DNA from: Candidatus Poseidoniales archaeon | Lineage (GTDB): Archaea > Thermoplasmatota > Poseidoniia > Poseidoniales > Poseidoniaceae | Length of the DNA stretch: 64,000 nucleotides | Assembly: GCA_038106355.1 (NCBI GenBank) | Contig: JAYODQ010000005.1 | Span: 9,301-73,300 of the forward strand | Reading direction: 5' to 3' | Part shown: positions 17,506-26,190 of the stretch, piece by piece | Numbering within the stretch: the first letter of the stretch is position 1 | How the letters are laid out: each line of letters begins with the position of its first letter | Notes under the pieces: model-generated | Seen by the model: the letters and a program-made list of their open reading frames with translations, nothing else | What the model was told of the DNA's origin: nothing | Database searches by the model: none | Program-made: the position numbers and the translations under genes

Positions 17506-19710
17506 ATGGAAGGAGAGGGCCATCGGTCAATCTTGATGGTTGGATTTCTTCTCAGTATGACGCTCTTCATCTATCACGCTGAAGCAGAAACTGTTGATAC
17601 ACTTGAGGGACATGCTCTCTTTGAAATCCAAGGATTGGAGGGGGTCGAATATCAATTTTCTTTCATACTCGAGCAAAACACTACAACAATTGTGGACATT
17701 GTTTGCATTTCTTGTGTGGTTCAGGTTGAAATCGATGGATTGACAACCCAAGGAACTTCTCAAATTCTTGAAATTTCTGAGGACTCTAGTGGTGACTTGA
17801 CCATACAATCCAATGAAAAACAGTCCATTCTTGTTCAAGTCTTAATCAATGTCCAGCATCACGGGTTCTCAATTCGACCAGCGCCAACAGAGGAAGTGCA
17901 ATATGAGACTTCAAGTGTATGTAATCTTCACGACGTATGCTTTCAATCTTTAGAGCAAACACTTCGAAATACGCAATACCTCAATCAAGAAGTTGTGACC
18001 ATATATGCTGGAAAAACTCTTGAAGATTTGAACGATTACTTAATTTTTGAAGTTCAAGAAGGGATGACAATTGAATGGAATTGGCATTTTTTAACCGGTG
18101 ATATCACAACCTCGGTTTTTTTCCAAGATGAATCAGAAACCCAAATTCTGTCTCCATTGCTTATCAAACCAAATCGTAATTTATCCCACATGGGTTTAGT
18201 TCACGAAACGATGTATATTCAAACTCAAGAACCAGGCAGGATCATCTTGAAATTTCAAGGAACAAATCCTATCGATTATTTTTCAATTTCATTGAGTATG
18301 TATACAAAAATGGAATCAACCACATTGCCTTCCGATTCTATGCAAATCAAACCTATCGTGGGACATGGGCATCATCAAATCGCATTTGATTGGCCATCAG
18401 CACATGCCTTTCGAATTCATAATGGGCCTCATGCATTCGAATTTGAAATGGCATTTTTCGCTGGCATTGAATTAAAGGACAATCGTAGATTGATTCAACC
18501 CTTCGAAACTCTCACAATTTTTCCATATCCAAACACGACTGCTGGGAGAATGAACATTGAAGCATTGAAAACTTTTTCATTCAACATTTCATTATTGGAT
18601 TTTACCGACGCAACAGGCGTCAGAGATGCTCAAGGCTACATTCCAACAACAAATCTGAGTTTGATGGCTTCAGATTGGATTGTCTTAGAGATCAACGAAT
18701 CGTATACCTGTCAATTGACACTCTCAGTTTTTGATACAAGTGACACATTTTTATTTTACATTGAAGGTTGGGAAGAATCAGTTCATTTTATTGAATTCAA
18801 AATCGAAGGAAACATTGGCCCACTAGTTGCTCAAATTTGGGATATCGACCAAACTACGTTTGAAACGATCAACACCCATAATGGAGTAAAAACATCTTCC
18901 GAAATAAAGGCTGGACAACAAGTAGGTCGAGGATATCATCTCTTGCAAATTCGCCATCAGGACCCACAGAATGCTACGCCTTCCGAATTTGGAGAAAGTT
19001 TTCCGTCGCTTCATTACACTATCACCTCAACATACAATCTCATCGATGAGGGTGAAGAGCCTTGGTTCCCCCCTGATGATAATGCTAAAATGTGGGGTGA
19101 AATCGTACGTTGGATTCTTGGTTTCGTGCTCATCGTTCCAGCCCTCATTCTTACAATTTCCTGGAGAAGAAATCAACGTCTAACAAATGAGATTTTGTCA
19201 AAAAAAGACCGGCTTATATGGATCAAATCTCAGCTTGATTCTGGAAAAACAAATCGAGTGTACACAAGGAAAACGCTTCTTCGGAGTTTGTCTGCACTCC
19301 AATCTGTAACATGGAAACAAGGAACTTCGTCATGGGGTAAACCATCCATTCAACACACGACCGATGGAGTGGAAATTATGGTTTGGAAATTGGACCAGCG
19401 ACTTTCAAAAGATGGTACAGGAATTCCACTTCTCATCGGAGTCCATGCTAAACAAGGAACGTGGGACCTTGCAGTTCTTCGTATTGAAGCACCGGAAGGA
19501 GCACCATATACAATTACAAATTGCACACCAAAATTCCTCTATCGAGGCGACGAAGTGTTCATCGATACATTAACGAAAGGTCAACTGACATATTTACAAG
19601 TTGACTTGCAAGGTACTGCGAAGAGAATTGAAGTTGAATTGAACGGAAGACTTGATAGTCAACCATTTGCTGCGAAAATACCCCATTCAATTGATTTGGA
19701 GGAAGAATGA
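17506..19710 (+). CDS. Single-pass membrane protein (large ectodomain, ~190-aa cytoplasmic domain)
   Basis: 734 aa. N-terminal hydrophobic signal (ILMVGFLLSMTLFIYHAEA). TM helix IVRWILGFVLIVPALILTISW at about aa 520-545, then RRNQR. No recognisable family. Confidence 0.55.
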   Translation: MEGEGHRSILMVGFLLSMTLFIYHAEAETVDTLEGHALFEIQGLEGVEYQFSFILEQNTTTIVDIVCISCVVQVEIDGLTTQGTSQILEISEDSSGDLTIQSNEKQSILVQVLINVQHHGFSIRPAPTEEVQYETSSVCNLHDVCFQSLEQTLRNTQYLNQEVVTIYAGKTLEDLNDYLIFEVQEGMTIEWNWHFLTGDITTSVFFQDESETQILSPLLIKPNRNLSHMGLVHETMYIQTQEPGRIILKFQGTNPIDYFSISLSMYTKMESTTLPSDSMQIKPIVGHGHHQIAFDWPSAHAFRIHNGPHAFEFEMAFFAGIELKDNRRLIQPFETLTIFPYPNTTAGRMNIEALKTFSFNISLLDFTDATGVRDAQGYIPTTNLSLMASDWIVLEINESYTCQLTLSVFDTSDTFLFYIEGWEESVHFIEFKIEGNIGPLVAQIWDIDQTTFETINTHNGVKTSSEIKAGQQVGRGYHLLQIRHQDPQNATPSEFGESFPSLHYTITSTYNLIDEGEEPWFPPDDNAKMWGEIVRWILGFVLIVPALILTISWRRNQRLTNEILSKKDRLIWIKSQLDSGKTNRVYTRKTLLRSLSALQSVTWKQGTSSWGKPSIQHTTDGVEIMVWKLDQRLSKDGTGIPLLIGVHAKQGTWDLAVLRIEAPEGAPYTITNCTPKFLYRGDEVFIDTLTKGQLTYLQVDLQGTAKRIEVELNGRLDSQPFAAKIPHSIDLEEE

Positions 19711-20832
19711 TCATTTTCCTCTTCGTTCTTCAGAATCTTCAAGAATTCTTTTGACCACATCTTCTGGACCGAGTTCATCTCGTAATGTGGTAAGAGTTTT
19801 CTTCGCTTCTTTACTCAATTTTGTCGGCATATGTAATTTTAACAACACAACCACATCTCCGTTTCGTCCTGTCCGATGATTGGGAAGACCACGTTGACGA
19901 ATGGTAATGGTATCACCAGAATTTGAAAATGGTGGGACACTGATTTCAAGGCTTTTCCCGTCAACGTGGTCCAAATCAATTTTCGTTCCAAGAACGAGGT
20001 CAGAATATCCAAGTGGTAGGGACATAATCAAATCTGAACCACTTCGCTCAAACCAAGGATGGGTTTCAACTTCAATTTCAATGAAAAGGTCTCCGGCCTC
20101 TCCATTTGGGAAACTAGAAGGTTCACCCCTCCCCTTCATTCTCAGCCGTGTTCCACTTTCAGCCCCTATGGGCACTTGAAACCGAAGTGTTGTTGATTCA
20201 AGATTGCTACCTTGTCCACGACATTCTTCGCAACTCTTGATTGGTGTTGACCCAACCCCTCCACAGTCTGAACACGTACGAACAGAGGATTGAACGAATG
20301 GACCAATTTGTTCTCGAACCTGAATTTGACCTTGACCACGACATGTGTCACAAGTATCGAGAGCACCATCCTTGGCCCCCGTGCCATCACACGAACCACA
20401 AGGAAGGGGTAAATCGAGGGTAATTTCTTCTTTGCTACCGTAATATACATCAGCAAAATCCACACTATGACGAACAAGAATATCCGAACCTCGACGTTGT
20501 CGGGACCTTCGTCTGCCGCCTCCAAAAATGCTTGAAAATAGGTCGCCTCCAAAGAGGTCCTCTAAATTAATGTTGAAGCCTCCCTCAAAACCTGAAAAAG
20601 GATTCCCTGATGGTCCAGAATGCCCAAATCGATCGTATTGTGCACGTTTTTGGGGGTCAGAAAGAACCGCATAGGCTTCTTGAATTTCTTTAAATTTCGA
20701 TTCAGCATCTTGTTCAGTACTTCGGTCAGGATGGTATTTTCGTGCTAACCTTCGAAAGGAATTTTTCAAGTCTTTATCGGTAGCATCTCGCTGAACTTCG
20801 AGGATTTCATAATAATCCCGCTTCTCGGCCAT
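19711..20832 (-). CDS. dnaJ: Chaperone DnaJ (type I Hsp40)
   Basis: J-domain DYYEILEV...KYHPD, a G/F-rich linker, and four CxxCxGxG zinc-finger repeats (CGSCDGTG, CDTCRGQG, CSDCGGVG, CEECRGQG). ATG at 20832 (MAEKRDYY) is preferred to the track start at 20883. Confidence 0.95.
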   Translation of the reverse strand: MAEKRDYYEILEVQRDATDKDLKNSFRRLARKYHPDRSTEQDAESKFKEIQEAYAVLSDPQKRAQYDRFGHSGPSGNPFSGFEGGFNINLEDLFGGDLFSSIFGGGRRRSRQRRGSDILVRHSVDFADVYYGSKEEITLDLPLPCGSCDGTGAKDGALDTCDTCRGQGQIQVREQIGPFVQSSVRTCSDCGGVGSTPIKSCEECRGQGSNLESTTLRFQVPIGAESGTRLRMKGRGEPSSFPNGEAGDLFIEIEVETHPWFERSGSDLIMSLPLGYSDLVLGTKIDLDHVDGKSLEISVPPFSNSGDTITIRQRGLPNHRTGRNGDVVVLLKLHMPTKLSKEAKKTLTTLRDELGPEDVVKRILEDSEERRGK

Positions 20833-20891
20833 GGTTGCTCCCCGTGATGAGACGAGAAAAGCCCCCCTTTGAACATCACGCATTCGAATGG

Positions 20892-21851
20892 CTACAAATC
20901 AATGCCACATGTTAGACAAAATCGTTCGCCGATTTGATTTGCTGAACCACATGCTCGACACATATTCCCACCTTGTGACTGTGGAGTGCTGATGCTTGCT
21001 TTTTGTCCTGTCATCATCGCCATAGATTCAATACTTTCAGAAGAAATTGGCACATCCACAACTTGAGATTTTTGGAGTCCTTCGATAGGAACTCCTGATG
21101 AGGAGATACTATCATCAATGCCACCAGTATCACTGTAACTCGTAATTCGAATATCTTCATCATCATTTTCTTGTAAGGATTTCAAAGGTGCCACAGGCCG
21201 CTGAGCAATCACTGGTTTCGCTGCAGCTTGGGATTCCAATGTAGTGATTCTTCGTTGCTGTCGTTCCTTCTTTGAATCTCGTCCGAAGAATGAGCCGATG
21301 AAATCTAAAAACCGGTCCATTGGAGAATCTACCCGAGTTGCGCCAACTGTTCCAACTTGTGAAGAATTTGAGGAAGTATTGCCTTCGTACAATCGTCCAG
21401 TTGCCTTCAGTACTGTTTTGGATTCAGAGAGCATGGAGACCTCCACTTTTTCTTCGCTATCTAATTCAATTTCTGCTACTTCATTTGAAAGTGTACCTAC
21501 TTTGTGGTACAGAGATTGTGATTCAATCGAAAGAGTTCCTCCCATATTCACCTCTTTGTCCCAAACACCTTCCTCTTCAGCCTTATACACCACTTTCATT
21601 TTCTGCATCGCTTTTGAGCGATGAAACTCATGGTCTCGAACGGTATTCAAGCGTCGTCGTATCACCAAAAAGATAGCTACTGCGATTGCATAATAGATGA
21701 CGACTCCAATCCAGGAATACTCGATGGTAGCCCTAAGTGGAGGGATGGTGAGATGCAAGGATGAAAATACAATCAGTGGCAGAAGACTTAGTAAGAAATT
21801 GGTCGGACCACCTCTCAAAAGACCACCCTCAATTGAACTTGTGGCATCCAT
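20892..21851 (-). CDS. Two-TM membrane protein with low-complexity cytoplasmic region and C-terminal zinc ribbon
   Basis: 319 aa. Two N-terminal hydrophobic helices. Ends CRACG-x10-CLTCG. Lies between the GT2 gene and dnaJ on the same strand. Confidence 0.55.
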   Translation of the reverse strand: MDATSSIEGGLLRGGPTNFLLSLLPLIVFSSLHLTIPPLRATIEYSWIGVVIYYAIAVAIFLVIRRRLNTVRDHEFHRSKAMQKMKVVYKAEEEGVWDKEVNMGGTLSIESQSLYHKVGTLSNEVAEIELDSEEKVEVSMLSESKTVLKATGRLYEGNTSSNSSQVGTVGATRVDSPMDRFLDFIGSFFGRDSKKERQQRRITTLESQAAAKPVIAQRPVAPLKSLQENDDEDIRITSYSDTGGIDDSISSSGVPIEGLQKSQVVDVPISSESIESMAMMTGQKASISTPQSQGGNMCRACGSANQIGERFCLTCGIDL

Positions 21852-21878
21852 TTTTATTCAAGGTATGCCTTGAATGTT

Positions 21879-22910
21879 TTATCGTCTATCGCTTGAAAGC
21901 CGCCCTTTGCGAAACAATCCATCGATGAGTCCCAATGAAAAGCTAGTGTGTAAAATGAACAAACAAAGAGGCCCCCCAAAAAGGGTCGACAAATTTCTTG
22001 TTCGAACAGCTTGTGAAACACCATCAGTGGCCATGACAAGTCCATACAGAAGTACTGGAATCACCCAAGATGATTGATGAAGAAGAAACAGGAATGATGT
22101 GGTTATTAGACCGAGAAGTGGTAACAACTCAACAAATTTTACTCTTGATGGATACTTTTTCAAAACTTTGGTCCGCCAAAATCCATACCTGTGCCCCATC
22201 TTCCACCATTGCAACAACGTGGATCGCTTTTTCATCATGACCGTCGGTGATGGACTTCTAGCAAGGATGTATCCCGAACGGAGAAGTCGCATGGATAATT
22301 CACTATCTTGGCTTGTGATAAACGACTCATCCCAACCCCCGATATTTTCCAAATATTCTCTTCGATGCATGACAAAAGCAGGCGTGTTTGTGATTTCAAC
22401 TTCAGAGAAACGAGCAAATTGTCCTCCGCTTTGACCTAGCCAAGATTGAAGGGCGGATTCAATCCATTGAGATCTTCGATTGACAACATCACCATCTGAA
22501 ATCACCTTCACCCCTACACCTGCAAGTTTGGGACCATATTTCTTTTCACATTCTATCCAACTCGCCAGTCGTTGCTCTAAATGTCTGTTCTCAACAAATC
22601 CGTGCCCTATGTGTTCAACAACAAATTGAACAGATTCCGGTAGGTGTTTGAGTGCGATATTTCTTGCGTGAGGAACCGACCTTTTTGGATTGTCAAGGAC
22701 CAGCACATGAGGCAAGGAATTTCCGTTTTTTTCGATTAATTCGTGTAAGAGGGTCTTGGTCTTGTCAGTCGACCCCCCATCAACAAAAAAAAGGGCGTAC
22801 TTACTCGAATCTAAAGTTTGATTGACGAGGGAGGTAAAACATCGTTCAATATTTGATTCTTCGTTGTAAAGGGGCACCACAACCGCTATTTCTGGCTGCC
22901 CTCCACCCAT
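21879..22910 (-). CDS. Family-2 glycosyltransferase with C-terminal TM helices
   Basis: IAVVVPLYNEESNIERCFTSLVNQT and FFVDGGSTD (GT-A DxD region), plus a hydrophobic C-terminus. ATG at 22910 (MGGGQPE) is more likely than 22982. Confidence 0.8.
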   Translation of the reverse strand: MGGGQPEIAVVVPLYNEESNIERCFTSLVNQTLDSSKYALFFVDGGSTDKTKTLLHELIEKNGNSLPHVLVLDNPKRSVPHARNIALKHLPESVQFVVEHIGHGFVENRHLEQRLASWIECEKKYGPKLAGVGVKVISDGDVVNRRSQWIESALQSWLGQSGGQFARFSEVEITNTPAFVMHRREYLENIGGWDESFITSQDSELSMRLLRSGYILARSPSPTVMMKKRSTLLQWWKMGHRYGFWRTKVLKKYPSRVKFVELLPLLGLITTSFLFLLHQSSWVIPVLLYGLVMATDGVSQAVRTRNLSTLFGGPLCLFILHTSFSLGLIDGLFRKGRLSSDRR

Positions 22911-23000
22911 ACCTCCTGATTTTTGTTGATGCTTTTGATTCTTATGACAAACAAAAGTGAACACAACAGATTCTTGAAGCATTTTGTTGTGGCCAAGACG

Positions 23001-23522
23001 ATGTCCGAACGTCGAATCATCCTATCAGGAATTGGCGAAGGCATCGAAGTTGAAATTAAAACGGATGCAAAAGGTGCGGAATCACCTCTCAAGATTCAAG
23101 AGGCGGTTCAGATGATTTTTCCTGATGCTGAAGTAATGGAAGCGAGTGAACCCCTTTTCGGAAAGAACAACTCACATCAGTTCACTTGGAGAAATCTATC
23201 AATGTCGGTTTTTCTTCAGAAAATACATGAACAACGCATCCTTGATACTGCATTGGATTGTATGACAAAGAATTTCAAAAACTCCTCGGTATCTTTTTCA
23301 ATCTCGAGGCAGGCTGCATTGATGGGTAAAATCTCCTTTCCAATTCCCAACGATTACCCTCTTGGGGGTTTGATTCAGATTCAGTTATCAGGCGAAAATG
23401 TCGTAGATTGGATTCAATCTGCAACTTGGCATGAAGGCAGAGAGCAGTTTCCTCGAGTTGCCTATGATGACATGAGCATGGCCAAAGATGGAGAATCAAG
23501 GATTTGGCATGATTCGAGATAA
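23001..23522 (+). CDS. UPF0201/COG1931-like predicted RNA-binding protein
   Basis: LQKIHEQRILDTALDCMTKNF...SFSISRQAALMGKISFPIPNDYPLGGLIQIQLSGENVVDWIQ matches my recollection of the UPF0201 family pattern. The ATG at 23001 (MSERR) is chosen. Confidence 0.5.
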   Translation: MSERRIILSGIGEGIEVEIKTDAKGAESPLKIQEAVQMIFPDAEVMEASEPLFGKNNSHQFTWRNLSMSVFLQKIHEQRILDTALDCMTKNFKNSSVSFSISRQAALMGKISFPIPNDYPLGGLIQIQLSGENVVDWIQSATWHEGREQFPRVAYDDMSMAKDGESRIWHDSR

Positions 23523-24476
23523 ATATCTCGCCATATCCTTGTCGTGTGGAAGCCAATCAATTTGATCGATTTCTTCTTGGGGCACCCAAATAACTTCGAG
23601 ATGCTCCCTCAATTCGATGCGAGTGAGAGCATTCTCATTGAGTAGGGACTCGACGAGATACAGTGAATACCACTTCCCTTTGATGAGATAATCCCAGCGT
23701 CCAAGAGTTTTTTGAGGTATTACCTCAAGATTGAGTTCTTCTTTACACTCTCTTTCAATGGCTTGAAGGATGGTCTCGCCTTTTTCGACTTTGCCTCCAG
23801 GAAATTCCCAACCAGCAATGGTGGCTTCGGTCCTATAGGCTGCAAAACATTCGCCTGAATTTGAGAGGAGGGCGAGAGCTGCTACTGGAATAGTTTTGAC
23901 ATTGAGTGCATCAACCAATGTCTTGATGATTTGAAACGTTCGAAAGGTGAGTTGTTCGACTGAGTGAACATGTTCAGAAGGAAGGTGGATAAATGCACAA
24001 TGTTTTTTCAAATCTTGCTGTTCAAAGCCAAGTAAGGTTTGTCGAAAAGTTTCATTGCACACAAACGAGCCTGCATCTATTGATTCAACGAGGTGTTGGT
24101 CTTGTTCAAGCACCCTATGAAGTGGCAAATCGGAATAAATCGTACCCTTTCCGTCAATGACATCATTCAAAATTTGGCGGCCTTCATTGTCAGGAATGCG
24201 CATCAGAAGGGAATCGGTCGCCCTAGTTTCAATCCGAATTTCATCACAGGTCTCACATAAACCCAAATGAAGAACAAGATCGAATTGTTCACCTTGTTCC
24301 ATTCTCAATCGTGTGCTTTTTGCACCATGTTGTGTCACAGGCAATATCTTGAATTCTAAATTCATCATGGATGGAAATTCAAGTTTTTCTAATTGTTCAA
24401 CAACCAACTGACTAGAATTTGTTTTGGATTGCCCGAACGGCTCAAAGCCAGTAACGAGTACTTGAAGTGGCTTCAC
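23496..24476 (-). CDS. Fusion protein: pyroglutamyl-peptidase I (Pcp, C15)-like N-terminal domain + NUDIX hydrolase C-terminal domain
   Basis: N-terminal half: VLVTGFEPFG, IRIETRATD (Glu), DAGSFVCNETF (Cys), AFIHLP (His). C-terminal half: NUDIX box GKVEKGETILQAIERECKEELNL (G-x5-E-x7-RE-x2-EE retained). Confidence 0.75.
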   Translation of the reverse strand: MKPLQVLVTGFEPFGQSKTNSSQLVVEQLEKLEFPSMMNLEFKILPVTQHGAKSTRLRMEQGEQFDLVLHLGLCETCDEIRIETRATDSLLMRIPDNEGRQILNDVIDGKGTIYSDLPLHRVLEQDQHLVESIDAGSFVCNETFRQTLLGFEQQDLKKHCAFIHLPSEHVHSVEQLTFRTFQIIKTLVDALNVKTIPVAALALLSNSGECFAAYRTEATIAGWEFPGGKVEKGETILQAIERECKEELNLEVIPQKTLGRWDYLIKGKWYSLYLVESLLNENALTRIELREHLEVIWVPQEEIDQIDWLPHDKDMARYLSRIMPNP

Positions 24477-24561
24477 AACATGAGTACAAAAGTTCGGATT
24501 TTGATTCCTTCGGTGTTATTTCATCGGTACATTCACAAAGAAGAAGGAATGTAAAACGAAT

Positions 24562-24906
24562 ATGAGCGACGACATCGTTGTTGACGAGATGGTCGTTCAA
24601 TTTCCAAGTTCGTCAAAGAAGAATATTTTTTTGCGAATGTTTGAAACGTTGAAATTGATTTTACGTGAAATTACCTTTGGAGTAGGAACGTGGGGGGCAA
24701 TGAGGCCGATGGCCTCTGCAGCAATTGCATGTATTCCATTTCTATTTCTCGGCCAACATTTTAACAAGGAACACGGCAAAGCACGAGATTGGACTCTTCT
24801 TCAAATTCCACTGGCACTTACCGTTGTGTTGTGGATTGGGTTGTGGCTCTTTTCAATCTTTGACGCTTGGAAAACTGCTACAGGAATCGTTGCTCATGCA
24901 AACTAA
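24562..24906 (+). CDS. Small membrane protein
   Basis: 114 aa with two or three hydrophobic helices (AAIACIPFLFLG, LALTVVLWIGLWLFSIF). Confidence 0.5.
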   Translation: MSDDIVVDEMVVQFPSSSKKNIFLRMFETLKLILREITFGVGTWGAMRPMASAAIACIPFLFLGQHFNKEHGKARDWTLLQIPLALTVVLWIGLWLFSIFDAWKTATGIVAHAN

Positions 24907-25697
24907 GGCATCCAAAGTTGGTCTGTGATCGTTATTTTTTCGTTTTTCAAATCATCGAGGTCTGCTAGATCATCATCATCGAATTCATTTGGCAAATTAC
25001 CAGTGATAAAATTCATGAGTGAAGTAGATTCAATGGCCCAAAACATGACCGAATCTTCATTGTTTGAATGACCAGGGTGCTCAGCATCTTCATGCGGCCT
25101 TGGTGATTGATACACGAGATTGACTAAGCCAAGTAAATGACCTACCTCATGAATAATGACGCTGTTTTCGACTTCTTCAGCGGACGGGCGTCCAAAAAAG
25201 CCCTCTGCTTCTTCTACGCTGTCTTTGAATATTGCAATGGTCGAGGCATCGACTGCCACGCCGAGCACTGAATCATCTTCGTAGGTTCCCGATGGAAACA
25301 AAATTTGCCATTGAAGTGTATTGGAACTGTGAGGATGGCCGTCCTTGATTGCCCATCCTTGTTCTCGAACATCATCAGCACTCCAAGTTTCCAAGTTTGA
25401 TGGGAATGTTGTTTCAATATAATCAAAGCGAATTCCCGATGGTTTCTCGCAGACCTCCGATATTCGTTCTTTCAATAGATTGATACTCGAAGTTTCAGGG
25501 CGATAACCGACTTCATACACAATCTCAAATTCGAGCGTTGTGTGCTTGTCTGACCTTAAGCACGCCATTGCTAATGAACCGGGTATGCCATGATTTTCTT
25601 CAAGAAGTACATCTTTAATTTTATCTGACAGGCAACCCGATATGAGTGAAGAAATGAGCAACAAAAGGACGAAGATCACCGACGCCTTGTGCTTCAT
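24903..25697 (-). CDS. Secreted/lipoprotein zinc metalloprotease (HExxH, metzincin-like)
   Basis: MKHKASVIFVLLLLISSLISGC carries a lipobox-like ISGC. Zinc site HEVGHLLGL, with downstream His/Asp candidates (PHEDAEHPGH) and a possible Met-turn (SVMFW). ATG at 25697 is preferred to TTG at 25724. Confidence 0.75.
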   Translation of the reverse strand: MKHKASVIFVLLLLISSLISGCLSDKIKDVLLEENHGIPGSLAMACLRSDKHTTLEFEIVYEVGYRPETSSINLLKERISEVCEKPSGIRFDYIETTFPSNLETWSADDVREQGWAIKDGHPHSSNTLQWQILFPSGTYEDDSVLGVAVDASTIAIFKDSVEEAEGFFGRPSAEEVENSVIIHEVGHLLGLVNLVYQSPRPHEDAEHPGHSNNEDSVMFWAIESTSLMNFITGNLPNEFDDDDLADLDDLKNEKITITDQLWMP

Positions 25698-25733
25698 GAG
25701 TGAATGTGATAATTTGACTTTCAAAAATCTTCG

Positions 25734-26180
25734 TTACCAATCGTCTGGTATGTCAAGCGGTGAAAACAACTGCCCAGGACTATGAACCTTCGATAATTGA
25801 GTCCGAATCAAATGCTCCCATTGTCTCAACATGAGGATAGCATTGTCCAACTCAATTTCAATTTCGACCAAAGTGACACGTATGAGTGTGTCGAGAATAT
25901 CCATTCGCTGATGGTCTGCCCTTTCAAGCAATTTATCCAAAGAAAACTGTTGCGGGGAGTGAACTGCTTCATCAACGAGTTCCCATGGTTTCGCAATGTT
26001 CGAAGGAATCTCTTGTCCCGATGTTGATGCAAAATCAATAAGAGAGGTCAACATTTGATTGATGTGTTTTTGGAACACTAAAGATACTTCAAACAAAGGC
26101 ATTTTCAATTGGTTCAACAAGTTGATAACTCGCTCTTGGAAGAGAACCATTCCATCAGACGAATCAATGACATGAACCAA
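25734..26180 (-). CDS. Hypothetical cytoplasmic helical protein
   Basis: 148 aa. TTG start preceded by GAGGGG. Starts 10 nt after the stop of the 1,790-aa gene. No TM helix or signal peptide. Confidence 0.5.
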   Translation of the reverse strand: MVHVIDSSDGMVLFQERVINLLNQLKMPLFEVSLVFQKHINQMLTSLIDFASTSGQEIPSNIAKPWELVDEAVHSPQQFSLDKLLERADHQRMDILDTLIRVTLVEIEIELDNAILMLRQWEHLIRTQLSKVHSPGQLFSPLDIPDDW

Positions 26181-26190
26181 GATGAGCCCC

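Noticed and set aside
19711-20832. dnaJ without adjacent dnaK/grpE as a possible anomaly
   Set aside because: The partners may simply lie outside the window. The DnaJ domains are complete and canonical, so there is no sequence-level evidence of anything unusual.
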